Source of the DNA: an uncultured Alphaproteobacteria bacterium
GTDB taxonomy: Bacteria > Pseudomonadota > Alphaproteobacteria > ATCC43930 > CGMCC-115725
DNA length: 64,000 nucleotides
Direction of reading: 5' to 3'
Assembly (NCBI GenBank): GCA_963812675.1
Contig: CAWEWR010000006.1
Span: forward strand, 284,723 to 348,722
The position numbers and the translations under genes are program-made. The notes beneath the pieces are model-generated. The model was given only the letters and a program-made list of their open reading frames with translations. It was not told the origin of the DNA and made no database searches. Below are positions 46,865 to 57,603 of this stretch, one piece after another (position 1 is the first letter of the stretch; each line of letters opens with the position of its first letter).

Positions 46865-48361
46865 CTACGCCGGCTTCGGTGTCGGCGGATCGCGAAGCTC
46901 TTCGGCGAGCATTCTGTAATAACCGTAGAAGCCGCCCGGCTCTCGACTGGCGCCTTTGAACCAGTCGAGCATTTGGGCGGTCGAGTCGACTTGGTCGTCG
47001 TGCTTGGCGTTGGGGAAGGTGGACAGCTCGGCGAGGTATCGGGCGAGCCATGGCGCCTCTTCGGGCAGGTGCACGAAGCCGTTCTCGATCATTGCGGTCT
47101 GCGCGTGCATTCGCATGACCTTGTCCGACTGCGGGCGGTAGCGGGTGACGGCGTGGAGGCCGTCGGCGATCAGTTCCTGGATCAATTGCGTGCCCGAGGC
47201 CTTGTCCTCGATCAATACGACCGAGGGGGCGAAGCGCTCGTATTGCTCGCGCACGGCGCGCTTCAATTCGGGATACTCCATGCGCCGGCGCAAGACGTTG
47301 ATCAAATAGAGGTTCTTGCCCGCGACGCCCCAGCTCGTGCACACGCTGAAATCGCTGAGCTCGGTCGCCTTGTTGGCGGTGTCCCAGCTCTGCGCGATGC
47401 GCTCGAAGCGCGGCGGCAACTCGTCGGGCGCGTAGCGCCGGAACCAGGCCGCCTTGACGAGGCCGCCGCCCAATGGGGCAGGGGCCTGCTGGTACTGGCC
47501 GGCGAAATTGTATTCCCCGATCGTGCGGCGGATATGCGCGAGCACCGCATCGGGCTCGCGCTCCGGGTGCAACGCCTCGCCGCGGCGGCGCGCGAATTGT
47601 TGCGGGCCCAGCACCGTGTCGACGAGCAGCGCCTCGTCCTCCTCGGCGAATGCCGGGAAGCGCACGGTCTCCCACGCCTCCTGCGCCAGCACGTGGCCGG
47701 TGAGGTCGTCTTCCTGCAATCGGTGCATGATGAGGACGATCGCGCCGGTGAGCTTGTCGTTGAGACGGCTGTAGAGGGTGTGGTCGAACCAGTCGTTCGC
47801 CGCCTGGCGCTGGGTTTGCGACAATGCCTCCTCGGGCTTTAAGGGATCGTCGATGACGATGAGGTCGGCGCCGCGCCCGGTCAATACGCCGCCGACCGAG
47901 GTGGCGAGGCGGCAGCCCTGCGCGGTCGTGTCAAATTCGGGCATCGCGGCGCGCAGCGGCGACAGGCGCGTCGGGAAGATCCTTTGGTACCAGTCGCTGG
48001 CGACGATATGCCGGCAATCGCGCGACAATTTGTCGGCGAGGTCCTGCGCATAGCTGACGCAGAGGATCTGCGCCGACGGGTCGTGCCCGAGACACCACGC
48101 CGGAAACGCGACCGAGGCGAGCAGCGACTTCAGGTGGCGCGGCGGCAGGTTGACGACGAGGCGGCGGATGGCGCCGGTGCGCACTGCGGTCAATTTGGCG
48201 GCGATGATTTCGATATGCCAGCTCATCGCGAAGCGGGTGCGCGGGTTGAGCTCACGAAAGGCGCGCGCGGCAAAGTCGTACCACAGGAATGCCGCACAAG
48301 AGTCGTGCCCGCGTCGCCGCAACGAGGGCGGCTCTGACGCATCGCGTATTAATTGCCACAT
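46865..48361 (-). CDS. phage terminase large subunit-like protein, copy 1
   Basis: ATPase Walker B-like ADLIVIDDP. C-terminal nuclease-like VLIEDKASG and HDDQVDSTAQMLDW. About 90% identical to copy 2. Start uncertain. Confidence 0.75.
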   Translation of the reverse strand: MWQLIRDASEPPSLRRRGHDSCAAFLWYDFAARAFRELNPRTRFAMSWHIEIIAAKLTAVRTGAIRRLVVNLPPRHLKSLLASVAFPAWCLGHDPSAQILCVSYAQDLADKLSRDCRHIVASDWYQRIFPTRLSPLRAAMPEFDTTAQGCRLATSVGGVLTGRGADLIVIDDPLKPEEALSQTQRQAANDWFDHTLYSRLNDKLTGAIVLIMHRLQEDDLTGHVLAQEAWETVRFPAFAEEDEALLVDTVLGPQQFARRRGEALHPEREPDAVLAHIRRTIGEYNFAGQYQQAPAPLGGGLVKAAWFRRYAPDELPPRFERIAQSWDTANKATELSDFSVCTSWGVAGKNLYLINVLRRRMEYPELKRAVREQYERFAPSVVLIEDKASGTQLIQELIADGLHAVTRYRPQSDKVMRMHAQTAMIENGFVHLPEEAPWLARYLAELSTFPNAKHDDQVDSTAQMLDWFKGASREPGGFYGYYRMLAEELRDPPTPKPA

Positions 48362-48450
48362 CGCGCTTGCGATCGAAGGTGCCAACGATGCACCCTTGAT
48401 TCACCTATCGTCCCTAAACCTAATTTACCGACGAATACCTGGGGGCACGC

Positions 48451-50025
48451 ATGGCAACGAGTAGCAAGACCAGAAACGGGCGGGAGACGCCGAAACAATC
48501 GTTCGAGGCCACGTTGTGGGCTGCGGCCGACAAGCTGCGTGGCAATATGGATGCCGCCGAATACAAGCACGTCGCGCTCGGCCTCATCTTCCTGAAATAC
48601 ATTTCCGACCGTTTCGAAGAGCGGCGCGCTCGCGCGCTCGATGATCCGGAGGAAGCGCCCCTCGTCGACGAGCGTGACCTCTACATCGGCGACAACGTTT
48701 TCTGGGTGCCCGACAAGGCGCGGTGGGATTTCATTAAGGAGAACGCCACCAGCGTAGAGCCGACGATCGGCCAACTGCTCGATGAGGCCATGCTGCTGCT
48801 TGAAGCCGAGAACGCGAGCCTCAAAGGCGTGCTGACCAAGAATTACGCCCGGCCGGAACTCGACCAGATCCGGCTTGGCGAGGTCATCAAGTTGTTCTCC
48901 GACCTCGCCTTCCGGGACGAGCACCACGGTGAGGACGTGCTCGGCCGCGTCTACGAATATTTCCTCGGCCAGTTCGCAATTGCCGAAGGCAAGCGCGGCG
49001 GCCAGTTTTATACGGCTGGCTCGGTCGTGCGCGTGCTGGTCGAGATGCTGCAGCCGTTCGAGGGCCGCGTCTACGACCCGTGCTGCGGCTCGGGCGGCAT
49101 GTTCGTGCAGTCGGAGCGGTTCGTCGAGGCGCATAACGGTCGCCGCAACGATGTCTCGATCTTCGGCCAGGAATCGAACCCGACGACCTGGCGCCTCGCG
49201 AAGATGAACCTCGCGATCCGCGGCATCGAGGCCAATCTTGGCCCGAAATGGGCCGACAGCTTCCACGAGGATCTGCACCCCGGCCTCAAGGCCGATTTCG
49301 TGCTCGCCAACCCGCCCTTCAACGACAGCGACTGGGGCGGCGAACGGCTGCGTTCAGGCGAGCGCTGGCGCTATGGCGTGCCGCCCGCTGGCAACGCCAA
49401 TTTCGCCTGGGTGCAGCACTTTATCGACCATCAAGCGCCGCACGGTTACGCCGGGTTTGTGCTGGCCAACGGCTCGCTGTCGAGCCAGCAATCCGGCGAG
49501 GGCGAGATCCGCCGCGCGATCATCGAGGCCGACCTGGTCGACTGCATCGTCAGCCTGCCCGGCCAGCTGTTCTTCACGACGCAGATCCCGGTCTCTTTGT
49601 GGTTCCTGACCCGCGACAAGTCGAACGGGCTCGTGCGCGCCGAGCGGCTGCGCGACCGCAGAGGCGAGACCCTGTTCATCGACGCCCGCAAGCTCGGCAC
49701 GATGGAGACGCGCATTCTGCGAGTATTGAGCGATGCGGATGTCGCCAAGATCGCCGATGCCTACCACGCTTGGCGCGAGACCGGCGGCCGTTATGCGGAC
49801 GACCCCGGCTTCTGCAAGTCAGCGACGACCGAGGAGATCGCCGCCCAAGGCCATGTCTTGACCGCCGGCCGATATGTCGGAACCGCAGCGGCGGAAGGCG
49901 ACGAGGAGGCGTTTAACGAAAAGATGGAGCGGCTCCTCGCGAAATTGTGCCAGCAACAAGCTGAGGCTGCGAAGCTGGATGCGGCCATCATTGCCAACCT
50001 TCGGGAGCTTGGGTGTGGCAACTGA
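48451..50025 (+). CDS. hsdM: type I restriction-modification system, DNA methyltransferase subunit
   Basis: Motif [11 protein letters not shown] and motif [14 protein letters not shown]-terminal HsdM_N-like [32 protein letters not shown]. Confidence 0.95.
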   Translation: MATSSKTRNGRETPKQSFEATLWAAADKLRGNMDAAEYKHVALGLIFLKYISDRFEERRARALDDPEEAPLVDERDLYIGDNVFWVPDKARWDFIKENATSVEPTIGQLLDEAMLLLEAENASLKGVLTKNYARPELDQIRLGEVIKLFSDLAFRDEHHGEDVLGRVYEYFLGQFAIAEGKRGGQFYTAGSVVRVLVEMLQPFEGRVYDPCCGSGGMFVQSERFVEAHNGRRNDVSIFGQESNPTTWRLAKMNLAIRGIEANLGPKWADSFHEDLHPGLKADFVLANPPFNDSDWGGERLRSGERWRYGVPPAGNANFAWVQHFIDHQAPHGYAGFVLANGSLSSQQSGEGEIRRAIIEADLVDCIVSLPGQLFFTTQIPVSLWFLTRDKSNGLVRAERLRDRRGETLFIDARKLGTMETRILRVLSDADVAKIADAYHAWRETGGRYADDPGFCKSATTEEIAAQGHVLTAGRYVGTAAAEGDEEAFNEKMERLLAKLCQQQAEAAKLDAAIIANLRELGCGN

Positions 50026-51307
50026 TGGTAATGTTAAAACATTGGGCGATTATTTCACGCTCCAACGCGGGACCACCTACAACAGCCGGCTACTGGGACA
50101 GCCGGGACCAGTTCTGTTGGGACTTGCTACCATCCAACGCAACGGCGGATTTCGCAGAGACTCTCTTCGGACATACGGTGGGGAGTCCCCGGCCAAGCTG
50201 ATGGTCGAGCCCGGGGAACTCTATCTCTCCTTAAAAGATGTGACCCAATCCGCAGATTTGCTCGGCGCAGTCGCAAGGCTGCCGCATGATCATCCTTCCG
50301 GCAGATTGACCCAAGACACGGTCAAACTAGCTCCAAAATTCGAAGGGGTGCCGCAGGGCTATCTTTATTGGTTGCTTCGAACTCCGCTGTACAGAGACTA
50401 CTGTCGAGCACACGCAACAGGGACGACCAACCTGGGTTTGGCTCGTGAGGATTTCCTTTCCTTTCCTGCTCCGCAACCTACGCCGACGCAGCTCCGGATG
50501 GTTCAAGTCCTGAATGCACTGGAAGATAAGATCGAGACGAACCGGCGGATGGCGGAGACGCTTGAGGCGATGGCGCGGGCGCTGTTCCTGAGCTGGTTTG
50601 TAGATTTCGAGCCCGTCCGCGCCAAGGCCGACGGCCGTCCGATTGGCGTCCCCGATGACCTCGCCGCCCTCTTCCCCGACCGTTTTGAGGAGGACGGGTT
50701 ACCAACCGGATGGCGTCTTACTACTCTTGACGAGGTCTGTCATCTTAATCCTGAAAGCTGGACCCGTAACAATAGACCGGATGTTATCGAGTATGTTGAC
50801 CTCGCAAATACGAAATCTGGCATTATTGAAGCAACGCAGATATTCAGTCGAGATGCCGCGCCAAGTAGAGCGCAGCGTGTACTTCGTTGTGGGGACACCA
50901 TCGTGGGCACGGTTCGACCTGGTAATAACTCTTATGCCCAGGTGGCTATCGATGGGTTGACTGGCAGTACGGGCTTTGCCGTGCTCCGACCTAAGCGACC
51001 AGAATTCGTCTCTTTCGTTTACTTGATAGCGACGGCGGCCAGCAATATTGAAGCGCTCGCCCAGCTCGCCGATGGCGCCGCCTACCCCGCCGTGAGGTCA
51101 GAGGTGGTATTACAGACGCCTTTACCTCTGCCCGATGATCGTCGTGTCTTGAAGAGGTTTTCTGGGGCGGTTGACCCGTTGATGTCTCGCCGGCGCATGG
51201 CGCTGGTCAACAGTGAAACGCTTGAAGCGACCCGAGACATGCTCCTCCCCAAGCTAATCTCCGGCGAACTTCGCATCGCCGACGCCGAGCGCATCTCCGT
51301 CGCCTGA
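50015..51307 (+). CDS. hsdS: type I R-M specificity subunit
   Basis: GTG 50015 is 7 nt after GGGAG and overlaps the hsdM end. Two target-recognition domains are separated by the conserved helix [26 protein letters not shown]-terminal [11 protein letters not shown]. Confidence 0.85.
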   Translation: MATDGNVKTLGDYFTLQRGTTYNSRLLGQPGPVLLGLATIQRNGGFRRDSLRTYGGESPAKLMVEPGELYLSLKDVTQSADLLGAVARLPHDHPSGRLTQDTVKLAPKFEGVPQGYLYWLLRTPLYRDYCRAHATGTTNLGLAREDFLSFPAPQPTPTQLRMVQVLNALEDKIETNRRMAETLEAMARALFLSWFVDFEPVRAKADGRPIGVPDDLAALFPDRFEEDGLPTGWRLTTLDEVCHLNPESWTRNNRPDVIEYVDLANTKSGIIEATQIFSRDAAPSRAQRVLRCGDTIVGTVRPGNNSYAQVAIDGLTGSTGFAVLRPKRPEFVSFVYLIATAASNIEALAQLADGAAYPAVRSEVVLQTPLPLPDDRRVLKRFSGAVDPLMSRRRMALVNSETLEATRDMLLPKLISGELRIADAERISVA

Positions 51308-51309
51308 CC

Positions 51310-51999
51310 ATGCCGTACATGCTCCAGATGCTGCGGGCGCTGATGCAGGAGCATCCGGACCGGGCAGAACGTTTGCGCGTGCATGTCGAGGCGTTGGAGG
51401 CCAGCATCGAGGGTCAGCCGGCGTTCTGCCTTCAAAACGTGCGGACCTTGTTCGAGGCGGCGCATGCGACGATCGCTCCGCAACTGGGGGTGACATTCGG
51501 GAAAAGCAGCGGCTTCCCCGGTCGTATGCGCAGTGTGATCGAGAAGATGGACTTCTCGATTACCGATCATCCGGACGCCACCAAGATACATGCGACGATC
51601 ACCGCCTTGCTGAAGGGCATCGACGACACAGCGGTTGCGCTGGCGGATCTCAGCAACATTCCCAATATGCGTCATGGCGGCTCGCTTGATTGGGGCACGC
51701 TCGAACGCCAGCACGCGTTGATGCTCGGCGGATTGTGCGACGCGCTGGTGAGCTTCCTATTCGGTGTCGCCTGGCGGCGCCCGGCGGCAGGGGCGACAGC
51801 GCCGGGGCCCGATCGCTACGAGGATTTCGCGGCATTCAATACCTGGCTCGACGACGAGCACGAGAACGTGGAAATCGCCGGTTCGCTGTTCCTGCCGAGC
51901 AAAATCCTGTACCTGCTGGACACCACACAGTACGAGGCCGTGCGGATGGATTGGGAGGCCCAGCAGGCGATCAACGTCGCCGGTCGGGAGGCTCAGTGA
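51310..51999 (+). CDS. unknown protein embedded in the type I R-M operon (possibly Abi_C-like)
   Basis: Starts 2 nt after the hsdS stop, and its stop overlaps the hsdR GTG (GTGA). [10 protein letters not shown] weakly recalls the RN..G.aHG motif of abortive-infection C-terminal domains. Not verified. Confidence 0.5.
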   Translation: MPYMLQMLRALMQEHPDRAERLRVHVEALEASIEGQPAFCLQNVRTLFEAAHATIAPQLGVTFGKSSGFPGRMRSVIEKMDFSITDHPDATKIHATITALLKGIDDTAVALADLSNIPNMRHGGSLDWGTLERQHALMLGGLCDALVSFLFGVAWRRPAAGATAPGPDRYEDFAAFNTWLDDEHENVEIAGSLFLPSKILYLLDTTQYEAVRMDWEAQQAINVAGREAQ

Positions 52000-54900
52000 C
52001 GGAATTCTACTCGATCGCCGAAACGCGAGCCGCCGGCTTCCGCGAGGAGGCCGTCGAGCTGGCAGCGTTGTCGTGGTTCGAGCTGATTGGCTGGCGCAGC
52101 GTTCCGGGCGATTATCTGGCGCCTGGCGGGCCGAGCGGGGCGCGCTCCGACTATCGGCACGCGCTGCTGGAGCCCGAATTGCGCAGCGCGCTGGCGACAC
52201 TGAACCCGGATGCGGCGCCGGCGACGATCGACGCGGCGGTACGCACCGTGCTGGCGGTGCCGAGCCAGGATTTGCTTGAAAACAACCGCGCCTTTCACCC
52301 ACTGCTGGCCTCGGGCGTCCCGGTCGAGATTACCGATAAGGGGGAACGCCGCACCGTCGGACTGCGCCTTCTTGACCGCGTCAACCCGCGCGCCAACCGG
52401 CTGCTGGTCGCCAATCAGTTCATCGTCCGAGGCGAGCGGGAGGCGGTCCGCGCCGACATCGCCGTCTTCGTCAACGGCTTGCCTCTGGCGGTTCTGGAAT
52501 TGAAGAGCCCCGCCGACACGCAGGCGACGCTCGAACGGGCCTACACCCAACTGCAGAACTACAAGGCCAAGGCGCCCGAGCTGATGCGCTGCAACCAGGT
52601 TCTGGTGATCAGCGATGGGATCGAGGCTCGGATCGGCTCATTGACTTCCGGGATCGACCGCTTCGGGCCATGGCGCACGATCGACGGCGAGAGCGACGAC
52701 GATGACGGGCGCGCCGAGCTCGAAGTGCTGATCCGCGGCGTCTTCGCGCCCGAGCGCTTTCTCGACCTGATCGTCGATTATGTGGCGTTCGAGATTGAGG
52801 ACGGCGTCGTCAAATCGAAGAAGCTCGCCGGCTATCATCAGTTCCATGCGGTGCGCAAGGCACTGGCCTCGACGGTGCGCGCCGCCGGCGTCCGCGGCGG
52901 ACGCAAGGGTGGGGTCATCTGGCATACGCAAGGCTCGGGCAAGTCGCTGACGATGCTGTTCTTCGTGCGCCAGCTTCAGCTATCCCGCGAGCTGAAGAAC
53001 CCGACCATCGTCATCGAGACCGACCGCAACGACCTTGACGATCAGCTGTTCGGCACGTTCTGCGCGCATGGCTCGGCGTTGCGCATCACGCCGCGTCAGG
53101 CCGACAGCGCGGCCGAGATGCGCCAATTGCTCAAGGTCGATATCGGCGGTATCGCCTTCACCTCGATCCAGAAATTCCGCGGCGCGGATGGCGGCCACCC
53201 GATTTTAACCGACCGCAGCAATGTCATCGTCATCGCTGACGAGGCGCACCGGACTCAGTATGGGCTCGGCCGGCGCTTCATTGTCGGCGAGGCGGCGGTA
53301 CACGAGCAGGTCGGGTTTGCCGCCTATTTGCGCCAAGCTTTGCCCAACGCCACATTCGTCGGCTTCACTGGAACGCCGATCGACTTGCACGACCGCAGCA
53401 CCGAAGGCGTCTTCGGAGAAATCGTCGACACCTACGACATGAGCCAGGCCGTCGCCGACAAGGCGACGGTGCCGATTCACTACACCGCCCGGCTCGCCAA
53501 GCTCCATCTGCGCCTCTCCGACGAGGAGCGCGAGCAAATGGACGCGCTCGCAGAGGAGCTGACGGAGGGGGACGAAACCGCCGTTGAACGCGGCAAGGGA
53601 AAGCTCACCCGCTTCGAGGAAGTGGTCGGCGCACCGGAGCGCGTTGCCGAGATCGCTGCAGATATCGTCGCGCATTTCGAGCAGCGGCGCGAGGCGATGG
53701 CGGGCGGCAAGGGCATGGTCGTCGCGATCAGCCGCCGCGTTGCCGTCGACCTCTACGACCAGATCGAGGTGCTGCGCCCAGATTGGGTCTCGGCCGATCC
53801 GCAAGACGACGCTGTCGGCCTGTTAAAGGTGGTCATTACTGGCAACGGCAACGAGGACCCGCCGGCCCTGCAACCCCATCTGCGCAGCAAACGGCGCCGT
53901 GAGGCCATTGCCGAAAAATTCAAAAATCCGGATTCGGGCTTCGATCTGGTGATCGTTCGCGACATGTGGCTGACCGGCTTCGACGCCCCGTCATTACACA
54001 CGCTCTATATCGACAAGCCGATGCGCGGGCACGGGCTGATGCAGGCGATAGCGCGCGTCAATCGGGTGTGGGGTGACAAGCCCGGCGGTCTCGTCGTCGA
54101 TTACCTCGGCATCGGCGCAGAGTTGCGCGAGGCATTGGCGCAATACAGCGACCGTGACCGCCACCAGATTCGCCTCGACCTGGACGAGGCGGTCCGCCAG
54201 ACATTGATGCGTCTGGAAAGTGCCGAGGCGCTGCTCGGCGGCGCGCCGTGGCGCTCATTCTTCGGCGAACGACCGGCCGGGCGGCTTACGGTGTTGAAGC
54301 GCTGTCTCGAAAGCGTGTTGACGGGCGGCCTCCGCGACGAGTTTCTGAAAACGGCGACCGAACTCGAAACCGCCTATGCGCTGGCGGCTGGTGACGAGCG
54401 GATGACCGCGCGTCACGACGAGATCGCTTTGATAGCAGTGATGCGCGCCAACCTTATCAAGTACACATCGAGCAGCGGGCGCGGCCGAAGCGGCGTCGAG
54501 CAGCAGCTTCGCCAGCTACTGTCGCGCGCGGTGATGGCCGACGGCATTCTCGACGTGTTCAAATCCGCCGGTCTCGATGAGCCGAACCTGTCGGTCCTTT
54601 CCGAGGAGTTTCTTGCGGAGGTCGGCCAGACCAAGGAAAAGAGCCTGGCCGTGGAAACGCTCCGGCGGCTGCTTGCCGGAGAGATCATGGCTCGCGAACG
54701 GACCAATATCGTTGTCGCCCGCAAGCTGAGCGAGCGCCTCGACGACACCTTGCGCAAGTACCACAACCGAGCCGTCGACAGTGTCCAGGTGATCGAGGAA
54801 CTCATCGCCTTGGCAAAGGACATCAGCGCCGAGACAACCAGAGGCGCAGAACTAGGCTTGAACGGCGAGGAACTAGCTTTTTACGACGCGCTGGCCGAAA

Positions 54901-55139
54901 ACGGCTCGGCGCGCGACCTGATGGCGCACGAGCAGCTGCGGCTGTTAGCGCAAATCCTGGTCCAAACGATCCGGGGCTCAGCGACGATCGACTGGACCAA
55001 AAAGGAGAGCGTGCGGGCAAAGATGCGGATCGAGGTCCGCAAACTGCTGGCGCGTTACGGTTACCCGCCGGACCTCCAGCGGGCTGCCGTAGACCTGGTG
55101 ATCCGGCAAGCGGAGTCGCTCGCGGGAGCCTGGGCGTAA
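51996..55139 (+). CDS. hsdR: type I R-M restriction endonuclease/helicase subunit
   Basis: GTG start gives VTEFYSIAE. Walker [15 protein letters not shown] box [11 protein letters not shown] and motif [10 protein letters not shown]. Confidence 0.95.
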   Translation: MTEFYSIAETRAAGFREEAVELAALSWFELIGWRSVPGDYLAPGGPSGARSDYRHALLEPELRSALATLNPDAAPATIDAAVRTVLAVPSQDLLENNRAFHPLLASGVPVEITDKGERRTVGLRLLDRVNPRANRLLVANQFIVRGEREAVRADIAVFVNGLPLAVLELKSPADTQATLERAYTQLQNYKAKAPELMRCNQVLVISDGIEARIGSLTSGIDRFGPWRTIDGESDDDDGRAELEVLIRGVFAPERFLDLIVDYVAFEIEDGVVKSKKLAGYHQFHAVRKALASTVRAAGVRGGRKGGVIWHTQGSGKSLTMLFFVRQLQLSRELKNPTIVIETDRNDLDDQLFGTFCAHGSALRITPRQADSAAEMRQLLKVDIGGIAFTSIQKFRGADGGHPILTDRSNVIVIADEAHRTQYGLGRRFIVGEAAVHEQVGFAAYLRQALPNATFVGFTGTPIDLHDRSTEGVFGEIVDTYDMSQAVADKATVPIHYTARLAKLHLRLSDEEREQMDALAEELTEGDETAVERGKGKLTRFEEVVGAPERVAEIAADIVAHFEQRREAMAGGKGMVVAISRRVAVDLYDQIEVLRPDWVSADPQDDAVGLLKVVITGNGNEDPPALQPHLRSKRRREAIAEKFKNPDSGFDLVIVRDMWLTGFDAPSLHTLYIDKPMRGHGLMQAIARVNRVWGDKPGGLVVDYLGIGAELREALAQYSDRDRHQIRLDLDEAVRQTLMRLESAEALLGGAPWRSFFGERPAGRLTVLKRCLESVLTGGLRDEFLKTATELETAYALAAGDERMTARHDEIALIAVMRANLIKYTSSSGRGRSGVEQQLRQLLSRAVMADGILDVFKSAGLDEPNLSVLSEEFLAEVGQTKEKSLAVETLRRLLAGEIMARERTNIVVARKLSERLDDTLRKYHNRAVDSVQVIEELIALAKDISAETTRGAELGLNGEELAFYDALAENGSARDLMAHEQLRLLAQILVQTIRGSATIDWTKKESVRAKMRIEVRKLLARYGYPPDLQRAAVDLVIRQAESLAGAWA

Positions 55140-55181
55140 TCAGCGCGCAGCCCCGCGGCGAGCCTACATTTCAGGACTTGG

Positions 55182-56696
55182 TCACCTGCCGAGAAGCCCC
55201 AACCGCTTCGCGATCGCCGATAACGGCTCGGGGAGCTGGGTCTGCGGCTCTTGGGCGAGAGCCCTGTAATATCGGTAGAACCCGCCCGGCTCCCGGCCTG
55301 CGCTCTTGAACCAGTCGAGCATTTGGGCGGTCGAGTCGACCTGGTCGTCGTGCTTGGCGTTGGGGAAGGCGGTCAGCTCGGCGAGGTATGGGGCGAGCCA
55401 CGGGGCCGCCGCCGGGAGATAGACAAAGCCGTTCTCGATCATTGCGGTTTGCGCGTGCAGGCGCATGACCTTGTCCGACTGCGGGCGGTAGCGGGTGACG
55501 GCGTGGAGGCCGTCGGCGAGCAATTCCTGGATCAATTGCGTGCCCGACGCCTTGTCCTCGATCAGCACGACCGAGGGCGCGAACCGCTCGTATTGCTCGC
55601 GCACTGCGCGCTTCAATTCGGGGTATTCCATGCGGCGGCGTAAGACGTCGATCAGGTAGAGGTTCTTGCCCGCGACGCCCCAGCTCGTGCAGACGCTGAA
55701 ATCGCTGAGCTCGGTCGCCTTGTTGGCGGTGTCCCAGCTCTGCACGATGCGCTCGAAGCGCGGCGGCGCTTCGTCCGGCCCGTGGCGCCGGAACCAGGCC
55801 GCCTTGACGAGGCCGCCGCCCAACGGGGCGGGCGCCTGCTGGTATTGCCCCGCGAAATTGTATTCGCCGATCGTGCGGCGGATATGCGCGAGCACCGCCA
55901 AGGGCTCGCGCTCCGGGTGCAACGCCTCGCCGCGGCGGCGCGCGAAATGTTGCGGCCCCAGCACCGTGTCGACGAGCAGCGCCTCGTCCGCCTCGGCGAT
56001 CGCCGGGAAGCGCACGGTCTCCCACGCCTCCTGCGCCAGCACATGGCCGACGAGATCATCCTCGTGCAATCGGTGCATGATGAGGACGATCGCGCCCCCG
56101 AGCTTGTCGTTGAGGCGGCTGTAGAGGGTGTGATCGAACCAGTCGTTGGCCGCCTGGCGCTGGGTTTGCGACAATGCCTCCTCGGGCTTTAAGGGATCGT
56201 CGATGACGATGAGGTCGGCGCCGCGCCCGGTCAAGACGCCGCCGACCGAGGTGGCGAGCCGGCAGCCCTGCGCCGTCGTGTCGAATTCGGGCATCGCGGC
56301 GCGCTGCGGCGACAGGCGGGTCGGGAAGACCCTTTGGTACCAGCCGCTGGCGAGGATATGCCGGCAATCGCGCGACAGTTTGTCGGCGAGGTCCTGCGCA
56401 TAGCTGACGCACAGGATCTGCGCCGACGGGTCGTGCCCGAGACACCACGCCGGAAACGCGACCGAGGCGAGCAATGACTTCAGGTGGCGCGGCGGCAGGT
56501 TGACGACGAGGCGGCGGATGCCGCCGTCGCGCACGGCGATGAGTTTCGCGGCGATGATCTCGACGTGCCAGTTCATCGCAAAGCGCGTCCGCGGGTTCAA
56601 TTCGCGGAAGCAGCATTGCGCAAAGCTGACCAGATCGCGCCGCAGCAGCGCCTGGTACTCGGAGTGGCTCAGCGTCTGCCGGACTATAGGTTTCAC
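55182..56696 (-). CDS. phage terminase large subunit-like protein, copy 2
   Basis: Collinear with copy 1 at an offset of 8350 nt. The GTG 56696 start after GGAGGA is tentative. The upstream ORF extension runs through a REP-like element. Confidence 0.75.
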   Translation of the reverse strand: MKPIVRQTLSHSEYQALLRRDLVSFAQCCFRELNPRTRFAMNWHVEIIAAKLIAVRDGGIRRLVVNLPPRHLKSLLASVAFPAWCLGHDPSAQILCVSYAQDLADKLSRDCRHILASGWYQRVFPTRLSPQRAAMPEFDTTAQGCRLATSVGGVLTGRGADLIVIDDPLKPEEALSQTQRQAANDWFDHTLYSRLNDKLGGAIVLIMHRLHEDDLVGHVLAQEAWETVRFPAIAEADEALLVDTVLGPQHFARRRGEALHPEREPLAVLAHIRRTIGEYNFAGQYQQAPAPLGGGLVKAAWFRRHGPDEAPPRFERIVQSWDTANKATELSDFSVCTSWGVAGKNLYLIDVLRRRMEYPELKRAVREQYERFAPSVVLIEDKASGTQLIQELLADGLHAVTRYRPQSDKVMRLHAQTAMIENGFVYLPAAAPWLAPYLAELTAFPNAKHDDQVDSTAQMLDWFKSAGREPGGFYRYYRALAQEPQTQLPEPLSAIAKRLGLLGR

Positions 56697-56699
56697 CTC

Positions 56700-56870
56700 C
56701 AAAATTTCCTCCTCTCCCCCCGCCGGCCGGGGAGAGGGTAGGGTGAGGGGGGCCGACGAGGTTTTCGCGCTTGCGGCGCCGCCCACCTCACCCTCCCGTC
56801 GCTGCGCGCCGGGTCCCTCCCCCGGATCGCGTCCGGGGCAGGCTCTCTCCCCCCTAAAGGGCGGAGAGGG
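56700..56870. repeat. REP-like GC-rich palindromic element between DUF5681 and the terminase gene
   Basis: ccggggagagggtagggtgagggggg, its partial complement cccacctcaccctccc, and ctctcccccctaaagggcggagagggg. Same motif family as 25263-25426. Confidence 0.45.
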
Positions 56871-57282
56871 GCTCATCCGTGTCTCCGTGGTAAAGCTTTG
56901 CCGATTCCATACGCCGCAGGCGGGCCAGCAAATTTTCGACGACCTCCTCGTCTGCGGGCGTGAACGGCGGCGCTTCCGGCGGCGGCGCGGTGCCGGCCCG
57001 CTTTTCGATGTCCTTCAGCATGTCGATCAGCATCTTGGTCGCACGCAGATCGGCGCCGGTCGATTTGTCGACCAATTGCGCGATGACCGCCTCGCGCTTG
57101 GTGATCTGCCGGCTGTGGCCGTCGGTCGTGACGATGACCGGCTCGTCGAGCGCGCGCACCAGCAACTCCGGCAGGTTTTTCGGGCGCGGGCCGCGCGGGT
57201 TGCCGGACTGGCCCTTCTGGAACCGGCTGTGCAGCGGCGGCCTGCCGCGGCCGACCTTGTATTCGCCAGCGCTCTCATCCAT
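56854..57282 (-). CDS. DUF5681 domain protein (commonly paired with this terminase-like gene)
   Basis: GRGRPPLHSRFQKGQSGNPRGPRPKN is the DUF5681 signature. Confidence 0.7.
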   Translation of the reverse strand: MDESAGEYKVGRGRPPLHSRFQKGQSGNPRGPRPKNLPELLVRALDEPVIVTTDGHSRQITKREAVIAQLVDKSTGADLRATKMLIDMLKDIEKRAGTAPPPEAPPFTPADEEVVENLLARLRRMESAKLYHGDTDEPLSAL

Positions 57283-57384
57283 GCAAATGCCGCCAATTAG
57301 CGATAGCCAAGCCCGAATTGGTGCTTATATCACCAGCGGCTGTCATTGTCAATTTAACAATACATGTAAGCGCAATGAAGACTT

Positions 57385-57529
57385 TTCCCTGCGGTTTCCC
57401 TGCCGAGCTGCCGGCAGGGAAGATGTTTTCCCTGCCGGTAGCGCGTCGCGCGGGCAGAAAGCTTGCGGCCGCAACGGCTTGCTGAGCGGCGGACGAATTT
57501 TTTCCCGTGTTTTCCCGGGCGGCAGGGAA
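57385..57529. promoter_or_regulatory. cluster of TTCCCTGCC / GGCAGGGAA 9-mers (iteron or operator-like)
   Basis: Direct copies at 57385, 57396 and 57428, inverted copies at 57413 and 57521. 57396-57421 is a 10-bp perfect inverted repeat with a 6-nt spacer. Partial copies at 57501 and 57511. Confidence 0.35.
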
Positions 57530-57559
57530 ACGCCCGCGAGTGGCTGACCGGGGCGAACC

Positions 57560-57588
57560 TTGCCTCGCGGCGGCGGCTTCGCTATATC
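57560..57588 (+). promoter_or_regulatory. candidate sigma-70 promoter of tRNA-Pro (TTGCCT-17-TATATC)
   Basis: The -10 ends 15 nt before the mature tRNA 5' end. Confidence 0.45.
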
Positions 57589-57603
57589 TCGCCCCTTGGT
57601 CGG

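Larger units (their letters stand above)
41046..57603. mobile_element. composite genomic (defence) island between putA and tRNA-Pro(CGG)
   Basis: GC drops in places to about 42-57%. Contents: TA remnants, a type I R-M operon, three terminase-like copies or fragments, DUF5681 and a novel three-gene module. No integrase or att repeats were found in the window. Confidence 0.6.

Noticed and set aside
46821-47675. 284-aa ORFs (also 55171..56025) in an alternative frame of both terminase-like copies.
   Set aside because: They are conserved only because the underlying DNA is duplicated. Their composition is Arg/Pro/Gly-rich, and the terminase frame carries the recognisable motifs.
41046-57603. Integrase gene, or direct repeats derived from the tRNA-Pro sequence, that would delimit the island.
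   Set aside because: I searched by eye for tyrosine or serine recombinase motifs and for copies of the tRNA 5' or 3' segments near 41.0-41.1 kb and at the internal junctions, and found none. The island also lies on the 5' side of the tRNA, which is atypical for tRNA-targeting integrases.
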